Positions 63,863 to 64,000 of a stretch of DNA of 64,000 nt are shown here, piece by piece (positions within the stretch are counted from its first letter, which is position 1; each line of letters opens with the position of its first letter). This stretch comes from an uncultured Alphaproteobacteria bacterium. GTDB taxonomy: Bacteria; Pseudomonadota; Alphaproteobacteria; CAAHEQ01; UBA3637. Position numbers and translations under genes: made by a program. The DNA is taken from contig CALARE010000010.1 in the NCBI GenBank assembly GCA_937888725.1, positions 4,876 to 68,875 on the forward strand, in the 5' to 3' direction. A model generated the notes under the pieces. It was not told the origin of the DNA. It saw nothing but the letters and a program-made list of their open reading frames with translations, and did not search any database.

Positions 63863-64000
<138 letters not shown>

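Overview
AT-rich (by eye about one-third G+C, not computed) bacterial chromosome segment. It is almost certainly alphaproteobacterial: it carries a CtrA-type response regulator, the rpmF-plsX-fabH-ihfA-merR block, a small coiled-coil gene directly upstream of zapA, and an alpha-type RpoH promoter at dnaK. It probably comes from a host-associated or intracellular lineage, given the ankyrin-repeat and LRR-like proteins, an autotransporter, and compact overlapping operons. I call about 60 protein genes and one tRNA-Glu(CUC). There is no rRNA, no CRISPR array, and no IS or transposase other than one small serine recombinase near the tRNA. Most of the window is core housekeeping: dnaN-recF-gyrB, dnaK-dnaJ, typA, pckG, bamD-recN-ligA, rpmF-plsX-fabH-ihfA, yebC-ruvC, ybaB-recR, lepA, groES-groEL(5' end). 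I did not find a recognisable canonical defence system. The items I consider most worth follow-up are: (1) a stand-alone 61-aa protein that looks like the glycyl-radical C-terminus of class III ribonucleotide reductase NrdD, with its own promoter and terminator; (2) two effector-like accessory genes attached to the 3' end of the dnaK-dnaJ operon, one a PcfJ-like/LRR-like chimera with a 351-bp internal duplication, the other a hydrolase-like/ankyrin protein; (3) five GANTC (CcrM-type) sites packed into a 33-bp hairpin in a 427-bp intergenic region; (4) an 11-codon Cys-Gly micro-ORF with a complete promoter/SD/terminator set; (5) a CIRCE-like inverted repeat at groES with non-canonical geometry. 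All family assignments are from motif recall. No database search was run.
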